In this document: positions 21,081 to 30,213 of the stretch, piece after piece | Position numbering within the stretch: position 1 is the stretch's first letter | How the letters are laid out: each line of letters opens with the position of its first letter | Source of the DNA: a candidate division FCPU426 bacterium | GTDB lineage: Bacteria; Oederibacteriota; Muellerivitia; Muellerivitales; Muellerivitaceae | NCBI GenBank assembly: GCA_963796105.1 | Contig: CAWCKJ010000003.1 | Span: 704,001-768,000 of the forward strand | Direction of reading: 5' to 3' | Length of the DNA: 64,000 nucleotides | Notes under the pieces: generated by a model | The model's input: the letters and a program-made list of their open reading frames with translations, nothing else | Database searches by the model: none | Told to the model about the DNA's origin: nothing | Position numbers and translations under genes: made by a program

Positions 21081-22427
21081 TTAATAAAGCGCGAAGGGCC
21101 TTCTCTCGGCCAATAACCTGTAATCCTTCCCATCGATCGCCTGTTGCATCTTGACCCGGTATTGCGAATAAACCGAGATGCCCCTTTCGTGAATCTTGAA
21201 GGCATATCCGATCTGGAAAAAAACAGCCGCGAAAATGAAAACCACCCCCAAAATCCTCCAGAAGCGTTTGACTGCCAGGTACTCCCAACAATAAAAGGAA
21301 TAAATCATGATGACCGGCAGGGCCTCGTAATAGCGGTGGGCGGAAGGGGGCTTCACGGAGAACCAGAAGAGAAAATAAACGGCTAAAACCACGGCCAGGG
21401 TCAGAAACTTCACCCGTACCCACTCAGGCCTTGGATGTTTCCGGATAAACCAAAGGACAAACAAGGCCCCGGCCTGGAGAATTCCCGCCCCCCAAAGGAA
21501 AAATCCCGGTTTGGCCAACCAGGGCGATTTCAGCAAAAAGTCCACCCTTTCCGGGGTATGTTCCCCCAGGAAGCGGGGCAGTTCAAAACTCGCGAAAGAC
21601 AACAGACGGAAAATCACCGTGAATAGCGCCATCGCGTTGCCCAGGTTGAAAGGGGCGGAATAACCCTGGAGATTGCCGGTCATTCCGAAGCCATGAACAA
21701 TATAGGTAGGCGCCAACAACGCCAATAGGGGCGAAGCCCCCAGGCTCCCGAAGATTAGCGCTGACCGGATAGTTCCCGTCTTCCATTGTATATAGAGGGA
21801 ATAGGCCGCGAAGGGGATGAACATCACGAAGGACATATGCAGTTGGGCGACCCAGAAAAAGCCGAAACCCATCAAGACATTGGACAAGGCAAGCGAAAGG
21901 ACATTACAGCTCAAAGCTGGTAAAGACTCCATGAACCCGATGAAAAACAAGACAGCCCCCACGATGGAATAGGACTGGTTCATGACCTGGGTGGAAAAAT
22001 GGGTGGTCCAGGGCGCGATGAAGACCCAGGTGTAAATGAACCAGGGGGGAATGCCTGGCGTCCTCCTGCAACAATACCAACCCAGGAAAAACCAGGCGGC
22101 GAAGGTTAAAAGATTGAGGAACAAGTAAGGGGATTCCGCGGTGGGCCACAGCCTCAAGGGGACCGAAACCAGCAATCCCTCCAGGGCCCCCGCCATTTGG
22201 CCTTGGTAGGAAGTCCCCCCTCCCTGCATATCCGTGCCGTAATAGGGCCAGGTTTGGGTCGTGAAGGATTTCAAGCCGACCAGGTAGGTTTGCACTTCGT
22301 CCTCGTCGGTCGTGATAGAAGGGCAATTGAGGCCGAAATAAAAGCGGAAAAGGAAAGCCGCGACGAGAAAAGCGAAAAACCAGAACTTCTTGTTTTGACT
22401 GAGGAAAGGAATGTCTCCCCTATTCAC
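21081..22427 (-). CDS. polytopic membrane protein, probable GT-C glycosyltransferase
   Basis: TM1 followed by acidic DEDE loop, about 10 further TM helices, late RYY motif. Confidence 0.6.
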   Translation of the reverse strand: MNRGDIPFLSQNKKFWFFAFLVAAFLFRFYFGLNCPSITTDEDEVQTYLVGLKSFTTQTWPYYGTDMQGGGTSYQGQMAGALEGLLVSVPLRLWPTAESPYLFLNLLTFAAWFFLGWYCCRRTPGIPPWFIYTWVFIAPWTTHFSTQVMNQSYSIVGAVLFFIGFMESLPALSCNVLSLALSNVLMGFGFFWVAQLHMSFVMFIPFAAYSLYIQWKTGTIRSALIFGSLGASPLLALLAPTYIVHGFGMTGNLQGYSAPFNLGNAMALFTVIFRLLSFASFELPRFLGEHTPERVDFLLKSPWLAKPGFFLWGAGILQAGALFVLWFIRKHPRPEWVRVKFLTLAVVLAVYFLFWFSVKPPSAHRYYEALPVIMIYSFYCWEYLAVKRFWRILGVVFIFAAVFFQIGYAFKIHERGISVYSQYRVKMQQAIDGKDYRLLAERRPFALY

Positions 22428-22469
22428 CGCGGCTCCCTTTGAACCAAGAATGGATTGGATTTTGGGAGT

Positions 22470-23795
22470 TTACCCCACGGGAATCGTCAGCACCACCGTA
22501 AAGGTGCTTCCCTTCCCCTCCTCGCTTCTCAGGGAAACTTCCCCGTTCATCTTCTCCACCAGGTGCTTCACGATGGAAAGGCCCAGTCCCGTCCCGCCCG
22601 CCTCCCGGCTCCGGGAGACATCCACCCGGAAAAACCTCTCGAAAACCCTCGATTGGGCCTCAGGGGGTATTCCCGGCCCATGGTCCTCCACCAACAATTC
22701 CATCCGGCCGTCCGGCCCCTGGGCGGAATAAACCCTGATTTCGGTCTTGGCCGCCGAGTATTTCACGGCGTTGTCCAGCAGGTTCTCGAACACGTGGAAC
22801 AACCCCTCCCTGTGCGCCTGGACCCGGACTCCTGGCGGAATCTCCTGGCGGATCATGATCTCCTTGGCCTCCCATTTGGCCTTTAACAGCTCGATCGCCT
22901 GTTGGGCCACCTCGGAGGGGTCCACCGGCTCCATCGAGGTGATGTAGAGCCCGCTCTCGATCTTGGACAGCTCCAGCACGTCGGTAATGAGGGCGTTCAA
23001 GCGGTGGGCCTGGTCGGAGATTTTCTTCAGGAACAAGCCCCGGTTTTTCTTGTCTTCCAGGGCGCCGGAAAGAAGGGTCTCCACATAGCCCAAGATCCCG
23101 GTCAAGGGCGTCCTCAGCTCATGGGACACGTTGGCCACGAACTCGGTCCTCATGCGCATCAGGCGCTTCAAGGAGGTGATGTCCGAGAAAACCACGATCT
23201 GGCCGAGGAGGGTGCCGTCCGCCACGCGGACCGCCCCCACGCTGACCGCGAAATACTTCTCATCCTTCCCCGCGAACTCGATCTCGCCAGCGGCCCTTCC
23301 CTGCGCCTTGGATTGGGCCAGGAGGTCCGCCAGAACCGGGTGGCGGACCACCTCCAGGTAATGCTTTCCTAGGTGGTCCTTTTCCAGGGTTTCCAGGATT
23401 TTCTCAGCCGAGGGGTTCATCAGCACGATGCGGTCGGCCTGGTTCAGGAGCAGGACTCCTTCCCCCATGCTGTTCAGGATGACATTCAGCATGGACTCGT
23501 TGGAACCGAGCCTTTGGAGCATTTCCTCGAAATTGCGGCCTGGAATGAAAACATCCCTGCCGCTCAAGGATTCGGGTGAGGGGGACGTTGCTGGGTCGGG
23601 GTCAGCGGGCTTTTCCGGTTTTGCCTGGTCCGAACCCGCGGGATGGAGGATAAACAACATGACCAGGCCCATCCCCATTCCAATGATGAGTAAAAAGGCC
23701 GAGTACCATTCCAGAAGCCTCAGGAACCCGAGGATTACGGCCAGCGCAATGGCCAGGAGAAAGACCGTCCAGAATAGGCGTTTGGAAATTCTCAT
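22470..23795 (-). CDS. phoR: PhoR-like sensor histidine kinase (TM-PAS-HisKA-HATPase)
   Basis: FVANVSHELRTPLT, NLLDNAVKY, FERFFRVD.SRSR..GGTGLGLSIVKH. Confidence 0.8.
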   Translation of the reverse strand: MRISKRLFWTVFLLAIALAVILGFLRLLEWYSAFLLIIGMGMGLVMLFILHPAGSDQAKPEKPADPDPATSPSPESLSGRDVFIPGRNFEEMLQRLGSNESMLNVILNSMGEGVLLLNQADRIVLMNPSAEKILETLEKDHLGKHYLEVVRHPVLADLLAQSKAQGRAAGEIEFAGKDEKYFAVSVGAVRVADGTLLGQIVVFSDITSLKRLMRMRTEFVANVSHELRTPLTGILGYVETLLSGALEDKKNRGLFLKKISDQAHRLNALITDVLELSKIESGLYITSMEPVDPSEVAQQAIELLKAKWEAKEIMIRQEIPPGVRVQAHREGLFHVFENLLDNAVKYSAAKTEIRVYSAQGPDGRMELLVEDHGPGIPPEAQSRVFERFFRVDVSRSREAGGTGLGLSIVKHLVEKMNGEVSLRSEEGKGSTFTVVLTIPVG

Positions 23796-23855
23796 GTGGG
23801 ATTTACGTTACCAATCTATTGGGTTGGGGTCAATCCGGATCAAGAGGGAGACGGC

Positions 23856-24539
23856 TTAAACCTCTTCCTTGAACAAGTAGCCATATCCCTTGACCGTCTG
23901 GATGTTTTTCTCATAGAGGCCCAGCTTTTCCCTGAGACGCCGCACGTGGACGTCCACCGTCCGGGTAGTCCCGAAATAATCATATCCCCAGACGTTGTTC
24001 AAAAGGACGTCCCGGGAAAGGACCCGGCCGGAGTGGGTGAGGAAATAGTCCAGGAGCTCGAATTCCTTGGCGGTCAAATCCATCTTCTGGTTCTTCAGGG
24101 AAACCTCGTGCTTGGCCCTGTTCAAGGAGAGGTCCTTGAATTTCTGGATGGCCTCGCCCTCCTGGGACTTGGAAAAACGCCTCAAGACGGCCCTCACCCT
24201 CGCCAGCAGTTCCTTGATAGAGAAGGGCTTTGTGACATAGTCGTCCGCCCCCAGCTCCAGACCCACGATCTTGTCAGACTCCTCCCCCTTGGCCGTCAGC
24301 ATCACGACCGGGATATGGTTGGTCTTGGGATTGGCCTTCAGGGTCTTGCAGACAGTCAAGCCGTCCGTCTTGGGAAGCATCAGGTCCAAAAGGACCAGGT
24401 CCGGCATTTTCTCAGGAATTTTCTTCAGGGCGGCCTCACCGTCCATTTCGGAGAGCACGCGGTAGCCGTCTTTTTCCAGGTTGTAGGTCAAAAGGTCAAC
24501 CAGGTCCTTCTCGTCTTCCACGACAAATATTTGTTTCAT
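23856..24539 (-). CDS. phoB: PhoB/PhoP-like OmpR-family response regulator
   Basis: VEDE, LLDLMLP, GLELGADDYVTKPF, TRTVDVHVRRLR. Confidence 0.8.
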   Translation of the reverse strand: MKQIFVVEDEKDLVDLLTYNLEKDGYRVLSEMDGEAALKKIPEKMPDLVLLDLMLPKTDGLTVCKTLKANPKTNHIPVVMLTAKGEESDKIVGLELGADDYVTKPFSIKELLARVRAVLRRFSKSQEGEAIQKFKDLSLNRAKHEVSLKNQKMDLTAKEFELLDYFLTHSGRVLSRDVLLNNVWGYDYFGTTRTVDVHVRRLREKLGLYEKNIQTVKGYGYLFKEEV

Positions 24540-24816
24540 ATGGGCCTTTCCCCGGTCGGAAACTTGGGTTACGGATAGGTCCCGGGTCTCAGGAATGGAT
24601 TATAGACAGGCGGTTCAAAAGCCACTGTTAACAGCTTGTAAAACCCGTTCGTCACGCCGATTCAAAACAGTCATAATTCCAAAGAATTTAAGGCTTCAGG
24701 TGACATCGATTCAAGGTGAAGCAGGTCAAATATTAACCTTTTGTTTACCCCCCATTCAAATGAATCTTCGATCCGTGCCCTATTCTCCCCGCGTCAAAAA
24801 GAATAAGGAGCCTTCC

Positions 24817-25209
24817 ATGAAAAAAATCATGTTGATTGATTCCGACACCTCCCATCTCAAGCGGATGAACGACATTTTATCGAGGGACTTCAACGTCCTG
24901 ATTTGCAGCAGGGGCCACAAAGCCTGGGAATTGTTCAATTTATTCAACCCCGGCGCGCTGGTGCTTGATCCCGTGGCCACCGGATTGAACACCTCGGAAT
25001 TTTTTCCCAGGGTCCGCAGGAAAACCTGGCCTGATTCCATTCCCATCATCGCCATGACCCGTTTGACCACCCTCAAGCACATCGAGAAGAGTTTCGACTG
25101 GGGGGCGGATATAGTCCTTTCCAAGCCCTGCGATGCCGAAAGAGTCCGGAAAAAGCTGATGGAATTACTTCCCTCGGATGAAAGCCTGCCGGAATTAGCC
25201 AGGGTTTAA
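24817..25209 (+). CDS. single-domain response regulator receiver
   Basis: MKKIMLIDSD...LVLD...GAD..LSKP; AAGGAG RBS. Confidence 0.75.
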   Translation: MKKIMLIDSDTSHLKRMNDILSRDFNVLICSRGHKAWELFNLFNPGALVLDPVATGLNTSEFFPRVRRKTWPDSIPIIAMTRLTTLKHIEKSFDWGADIVLSKPCDAERVRKKLMELLPSDESLPELARV

Positions 25210-25252
25210 GCTGAAATATATTTACAAAGTTGCCCAGTGGATCAGGTTATAT

Positions 25253-25287
25253 AAAAAAAGCGGGAGGCTTTGCCCCCCGCTTTTTTT
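25253..25287. terminator. bidirectional intrinsic terminator
   Basis: A7-GCGGG...CCCGC-T7 between convergent genes. Confidence 0.75.
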
Positions 25288-25299
25288 CATTTGTATTAA

Positions 25300-26631
25300 T
25301 CAAGAGTTGAAATTCGGGTCGTTCACCCTTCCCATGAAAAGCACCGTATTGGAGGCGTTATCCACGATCATGAAGATGAAGGGATGATCGACAACAAAGG
25401 GAATGTGCGGGGGCTGCATGATGACCGCCTGTATCGTCGTTCCCACCACGACACCCGTCGCGGCGACAGCGGTGGTGCCAGTCTCATCCACGTCCACATA
25501 AGCCTTGTGGATGACGCTCGTGATGTATAAATCCTTGTATCCATCGATTCCCGAGAAATCAGCCCCAGTCCCCGCTTGGGGTACGGGCTTTGTAAAGGCC
25601 AAGGGCATGCCGATGATGGATAAGCCCTGGCTTAAATCATAATTAGTGCTGAACGTGAACTTTGGCAGGGCCAAATCCACCTGCCGCACCGATGTTCCCG
25701 TCATGGCGGCGGAATTGGCCGCCAGCCAGGCGTTGAGGTTATCCCCGCTCATGGCACCCTCGAGGGCGGCCATCCCCCCTTGGGGCGGCAGGAACACGTA
25801 CATGGAGGCCTCGTTGTTCTGGTAAGGGATCGCGAGCACGCTGGCGGCGCCATTGTAGCTCCCGACGTTGGCGGAAAGGGTTTCATTCATCATCGAGACT
25901 GATTCGGAGGTTGTCGGATCGAGAAAGAAAGTTTGGGGCTTGGTGAAGGAAACAGGGAAAGCGGTTTGCCATGAGCCTTTGAAATAAATGGCGTTCGTCA
26001 ACACAAGCCTGGTGTATTTACCGATGCTATTTTGGCTCAACAGGTTCGGAATATATCCTTCCGTCTCCTGCGAGACGGCGCCGTTGATCGTCTGCAATGC
26101 CCCGCTTGGGTTACCGACGAAATCCACGTTCGTGACGCCAGCGTAATAGTCCGTCTCCACGACGTTGCGGTAGGTCGGCAGGATATTGAAGCCCTGCTGG
26201 ATCCAGAGGTTGTCCGCCGTGTCGAGGGTGTAATGCTTGCCCGGGGCGTTGATCTCCGCGATCAACTGCTGGAAAGACTGCTGGCGCGCGGCCGCGTCGT
26301 GGTTCAAATTCAAAACATTTTGCATCTGGACCGCGGTGTTGCCATTGGCGCCTTCCTGGGCCATTCCCAGGGCTGTGATGATGCTGAAGGGCGAGAAAAA
26401 GATGTTGCCCGACTGGGATTGGTAGAAATTATACAGGTTGGCGGAGAGGCAGTTGTCCGCCTGGGGGGCCGTGCAGGTGATGGCCTTGGCCTGTAGAGCG
26501 GGCGGGGAAACGATATTGTTGGCGGCCGTAGGAAGGTTCCTGCTGCATCCGGCGTAGAGTAGAAGGGCGGACACTGCCAGGGCTGAGATCCCGTGCATCC
26601 GGTAATTTTTTTTCACGATCGAAGCCTCCAT
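25300..26631 (-). CDS. serpin family lipoprotein
   Basis: Lipobox YAGC, NIFFSPFSI, NAIYFKGSW, hinge DETGTTAVAAT, FVVDHPFIF..LFMGRV. Start may be 26598. Confidence 0.92.
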   Translation of the reverse strand: MEASIVKKNYRMHGISALAVSALLLYAGCSRNLPTAANNIVSPPALQAKAITCTAPQADNCLSANLYNFYQSQSGNIFFSPFSIITALGMAQEGANGNTAVQMQNVLNLNHDAAARQQSFQQLIAEINAPGKHYTLDTADNLWIQQGFNILPTYRNVVETDYYAGVTNVDFVGNPSGALQTINGAVSQETEGYIPNLLSQNSIGKYTRLVLTNAIYFKGSWQTAFPVSFTKPQTFFLDPTTSESVSMMNETLSANVGSYNGAASVLAIPYQNNEASMYVFLPPQGGMAALEGAMSGDNLNAWLAANSAAMTGTSVRQVDLALPKFTFSTNYDLSQGLSIIGMPLAFTKPVPQAGTGADFSGIDGYKDLYITSVIHKAYVDVDETGTTAVAATGVVVGTTIQAVIMQPPHIPFVVDHPFIFMIVDNASNTVLFMGRVNDPNFNS

Positions 26632-26886
26632 ACAAAGGGTTTAAACATTCGGAAAATATTCGTACTTTTGGTAAATGCAAAAAACATACCATTCACAGGG
26701 ATATTGGGTGAGGTCGGGCACAACCGGCGGAAATGATTCGTTAAACATTGGGGGTTAAACCATGTTTTTCACTTTTAAAAAGGGCTTTTCTAAAGCGAAT
26801 TCACCTACTGGCTCAATGAATCCGCCGATTTTTAGCCCTAAAAAGTCAAAATAAACCCAATTAAATTCAAATACCTGACAACTTTA

Positions 26887-27067
26887 TTTTTCATTGCCTT
26901 GCGGTGAGCGCATGCAGGGAGCCTGCGGTGAGTTCGCTAGTGGTGAGGACATTCGGCCGAGCCACACGCACCGTAGCGTGCGGCAGTGAGTCGAGGCCCT
27001 TGGTCGAACCATCGAACCCGTCGAACCCGTAAGCCCTGAGGCTCTCGAAGGGTTCATTTTTCATTGC
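26887..27067. repeat. nested palindromic repeat cluster (GGTGAG...TCGAACC family)
   Basis: Stacked left halves followed by stacked right halves, flanked by TTTTTCATTGC direct repeats; relatives at 28164-28208 and 29088-29253. Confidence 0.7.
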
Positions 27068-27289
27068 TTTATCGCCCCTCAACCGCGAATTATAATCAAT
27101 GGCCGGCTCCCCTATTCCCCAAATAACAATAAATTCGTTTCTTTAAACCGTGGGGCATCGCACCGAAGTGAGTTGTTATAGAATTAATTGCATTAAAGCT
27201 TTGATGTTTATCCTATTTGTACCCTTGTGGTTCTGAAAGAACCCGTGGTGAAAATTGACTATTATTAGAAGTTCTAAGAATGGAATGCC

Positions 27290-28162
27290 ATGAAAGAAAC
27301 CTGGACACCCCTTCGATTAATTCAATGGGCCATTCCCCTTTTACGGCAAAACCAGGTCCACCACCCCCGCCATAGCGCCTTCAGCCTGGTGGCTTTCGCG
27401 TTGGGGATGGATACCTTGAAACTCCACCTGCATTTCGACCGGTTATTGAAAAAATCCGAGGTCCAAAGAATCAAAAGACTGGTCTCTCGCAGATTGAGGC
27501 ACGAACCCCTGGAATACATCCTCGGGGAGATCTACTTTTTCGGCCTGCCCTTCAAGGTATCCCCTGCGGTCTTGAGGCCCAGGCTGGGGACAGGCCAGTT
27601 GGTGGAAATGGCCTTGGAAACCCTGGCCCAATTGCCCCGGGAAAAACGCCTGGTATTGGATCTGGGGACCGGCTGCGGAAACATCGCCCTCTCCGTCGCC
27701 AAATACATCCCCTGCCGGGTCTGGGCCGTGGAACTCTCGTCCAAAGCCCTGGCGGTCGCGAAAGCCAACGCCCGCCGCTTGGGGGTCGCTTCATCCCTCC
27801 AATGGCGCCAAGGGGATTGGTTCTCAGCCTTGACTCCCCGGGACCCTTCCCGGTTCCAGGTCATTCTTTGCAACCCGCCTTACATCGCCCGGTCGGAAGA
27901 GGAATATTTGAACGAAGAAATCACGGGGTTTGAGCCCCCAGTGGCCCTCTACGGCGGCAAGACCGGCCTGGACCCTTACCGGGCCGTGGCCCGGGGCCTT
28001 TCCAAAAAGCTGGCGCTGGGCGGGGTGGCCCTGATGGAGCTGGAACCCGGCCGCGCCAAGGAAGTCAGTTCCCTTTTCAAGGGCCAGGGTTTGAGGAGAA
28101 GCTTCGGCAAGGATGACGCGGGGGTGAACCGGGTGCTCGTGCTGGAAAAAAGGCAATTTTAA
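27290..28162 (+). CDS. prmC: release factor N5-glutamine methyltransferase (HemK family)
   Basis: EPLEYILG, VLRPR, LDLGTGCG, NPPY. Confidence 0.85.
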   Translation: MKETWTPLRLIQWAIPLLRQNQVHHPRHSAFSLVAFALGMDTLKLHLHFDRLLKKSEVQRIKRLVSRRLRHEPLEYILGEIYFFGLPFKVSPAVLRPRLGTGQLVEMALETLAQLPREKRLVLDLGTGCGNIALSVAKYIPCRVWAVELSSKALAVAKANARRLGVASSLQWRQGDWFSALTPRDPSRFQVILCNPPYIARSEEEYLNEEITGFEPPVALYGGKTGLDPYRAVARGLSKKLALGGVALMELEPGRAKEVSSLFKGQGLRRSFGKDDAGVNRVLVLEKRQF

Positions 28163-28317
28163 TCCCATCGAGCCCCACGCACCATAGCGTGTGGCAGTGC
28201 TCAGGGCTTGTTTTAAGTTTTGAATTCTAATCTTGCGGGAAAAAGCATTTTTGGGATCGAAGTTCTAAATGTAAAATTCAGCCATGGAATGCCCGAGGTA
28301 CTTTGTTTGATATTAAA

Positions 28318-28527
28318 TTATTTATTCCAATGGGTTGGTTGAATGCCGGCCTGGCGAAGTATTTCTTTAAGAAGGTGAATGCCGATATCGGCTTGGTGGG
28401 GATTGGGAATGCGGAGTTTCAACGGGCCCTTGACCATGAACATATGTTTTCCGCCACTGTAGGGGCCTTCAAAACCCAACCGGATTAAACCGCGGATAAG
28501 CTCGCGCCGGGATACCGGTTTAAGCAT
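28318..28527 (-). CDS. hicA: HicA family toxin
   Basis: 69 aa: ELIRGLIRLGF...GGKHMFM...IPNPH..DIG..LLKEILRQAGI. Confidence 0.88.
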   Translation of the reverse strand: MLKPVSRRELIRGLIRLGFEGPYSGGKHMFMVKGPLKLRIPNPHQADIGIHLLKEILRQAGIQPTHWNK

Positions 28528-28760
28528 GTGCCGATCTTCCATAAAAATAAATTGAGACCGGTACGATACCAATCACTTTATAAGCTTCAAGATAGATTGG
28601 CATGTGCCGATCTTCCATAAAAATAAATTGAGACCGGTACGATACCAATCACTTTATAAGCTTCAAGATAGATTGGCATGTGCCGATCTTCCATAAAAAT
28701 AAATTGAGACCGGTACGATACCAATCACTTTATAAGCTTCAAGATAGATTGGCATGTGCC
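28524..28760. repeat. three identical tandem 76-bp units plus a 9-bp partial
   Basis: GCATGTGCCGATCTTCC...AGATAGATTG starts at 28524, 28600 and 28676; GCATGTGCC recurs at 28752. Confidence 0.95.
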
Positions 28761-28993
28761 AAGTTAGGTAATTTCAGGCGTTTTCCATGGATGGTAGGCA
28801 GTTTATCGCCATACTGGACTTTAAGTAAAACCCACTCCTCAAGGACTTCTTGTAAAACCCTTCGACAATCTTCCAAGCTCTTTTCGCTGGCCCAAATACC
28901 CCTCAAACCAGGGATTTCGCCATAATAATTTTTATCTTCTAGAATGCGATATTTTGCCTGGCCCATCGCAGCATGTATATATTGCATGAACAT
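28739..28993 (-). CDS. hicB: HicB family antitoxin
   Basis: YYGEIPGLRGIWA...LEDCRRVLQEVLEEW; AAGGAG RBS before ATG 28993. Confidence 0.88.
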   Translation of the reverse strand: MFMQYIHAAMGQAKYRILEDKNYYGEIPGLRGIWASEKSLEDCRRVLQEVLEEWVLLKVQYGDKLPTIHGKRLKLPNLAHANLS

Positions 28994-29087
28994 TTTTACT
29001 TCTCCTTTTATCAAATGTAGTTTACCAAGAAGGAATGCCCAAATCAATTCGGGCCACAACTAAGGGTTTTAAGATTTGAAGCATTAT

Positions 29088-29253
29088 TCATTTTTCATTG
29101 CCCTGCGGTGAGTTCATGCGTGGTGAGCTTGGTCGAACCATCGAACCCGCAAGCCCGGAGTACTGCCACACGCTGTGGTGCGTGGGGCACGAAAGGTTCA
29201 TTTTAAACCTGTCCTGAGTAGTTCAACGAGCTCACCACAGGTTCTATCGAAGG
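29088..29253. repeat. nested palindromic repeat cluster, relative of 26887-27067
   Basis: TTTTTCATTGCCCTGCGGTGAG...GTGGTGAGCTTGGTCGAACCATCGAACCCG plus the ACTGCCACACGC..GCGTG module. Confidence 0.7.
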
Positions 29254-29295
29254 TTTGCCGTTCAAAATCCAATAAGTTGTACCAGGATTGGGGTT

Positions 29296-30054
29296 TTACT
29301 TACCCCTGCTAGCCGGAACAGCTCCCGCTGGGATACTGTTGTTCCCGCCCATAAAATTCTGTCCGTTCCCGGGAAGCGAGGCCAAATACTTGGCGATGAC
29401 GTCCTCGTTCGGCTTGATGTTAAATTGTGCCCGGGCTTGTTTCGAGTAGTCCTCCATTTGGACCCTCGATTGAATCTGGGATTTGACCTGGGCGTAAGGA
29501 GGCATATTCTGCCCTCGCTGTTTGGCCTGGGCGGCAACCCGGTCGTACCAATCCTTTGCTTCCTTCTCGCTCACGATCACTTTTTGCGCTTGGCTGGCGC
29601 TGTATTGGCGGGCCAGTAATTCTTTCTTGTACATGTCCCGGTAGGTCTTCTGTATCCGCTGGATGCTTGCCAGCTTCTTTTCCAGGTTTTCCTTCATGTT
29701 TTTTATCTGGGAGTCCAGTTTTGACAAATCCGAATTCATCGTTTCATCGAGGGATGGGTCCGAGTAATGGGCCTGTTGGGCGGCCTCGCAATAAACCTCC
29801 CGGTCGATCGCGGCGTCCAGCATATTCCTCACCTGTGTCGGGTTATTGGGATCTAGGGAAGCCATGAAGATACCCGCCATATCCATTTCTCCCATCCAAT
29901 CGCCGAAGGTGATCTTATGGTCGCCCACGAGGGCCACCACCTCTCCATTGGAAATACCCGAGGGATTGCTGTATTTGGAGCAGGACCAACCCATCATCAA
30001 AAATACAAATCCCGCGGCGGCGCCAAGAAACAGGTACTTTGATCGAAATGACAT
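29296..30054 (-). CDS. helical lipoprotein, SurA/PrsA N-terminal-like, no PPIase domain
   Basis: Signal ending GWSC, VVALVGDHKIT, LDAAIDRE, PPYAQVKSQI. Confidence 0.6.
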   Translation of the reverse strand: MSFRSKYLFLGAAAGFVFLMMGWSCSKYSNPSGISNGEVVALVGDHKITFGDWMGEMDMAGIFMASLDPNNPTQVRNMLDAAIDREVYCEAAQQAHYSDPSLDETMNSDLSKLDSQIKNMKENLEKKLASIQRIQKTYRDMYKKELLARQYSASQAQKVIVSEKEAKDWYDRVAAQAKQRGQNMPPYAQVKSQIQSRVQMEDYSKQARAQFNIKPNEDVIAKYLASLPGNGQNFMGGNNSIPAGAVPASRGK

Positions 30055-30213
30055 AAAATTCCCCCATTCAACGATTTTTGAAAAGAACTGCAAAATGAAG
30101 TCAGCATAATAACACGGCCTATCTTTTAATGGCCGAAAAGCCGTCATTTAAAGCTTCATAAACGGCTGGCATGGATAAAAGCTCAATGTTACTTAGGTGG
30201 AGGTACCCAGGCT

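Noticed and set aside
20830..21423. 197-aa ORF with FTTGSFGTT repeats
   Set aside because: Overlaps the membrane protein gene out of frame and simply translates the REP-like repeats.
24595..24816. N-terminal extensions in the ORF track (also 53397, 53153, 56559, 60176, 30147, 29059, 28572)
   Set aside because: Downstream ATGs coincide with domain starts and mostly have better RBSs; several extensions run through promoter or repeat DNA.
28524..28760. CRISPR call for the 76-bp repeats
   Set aside because: Units are fully identical, with no spacers.
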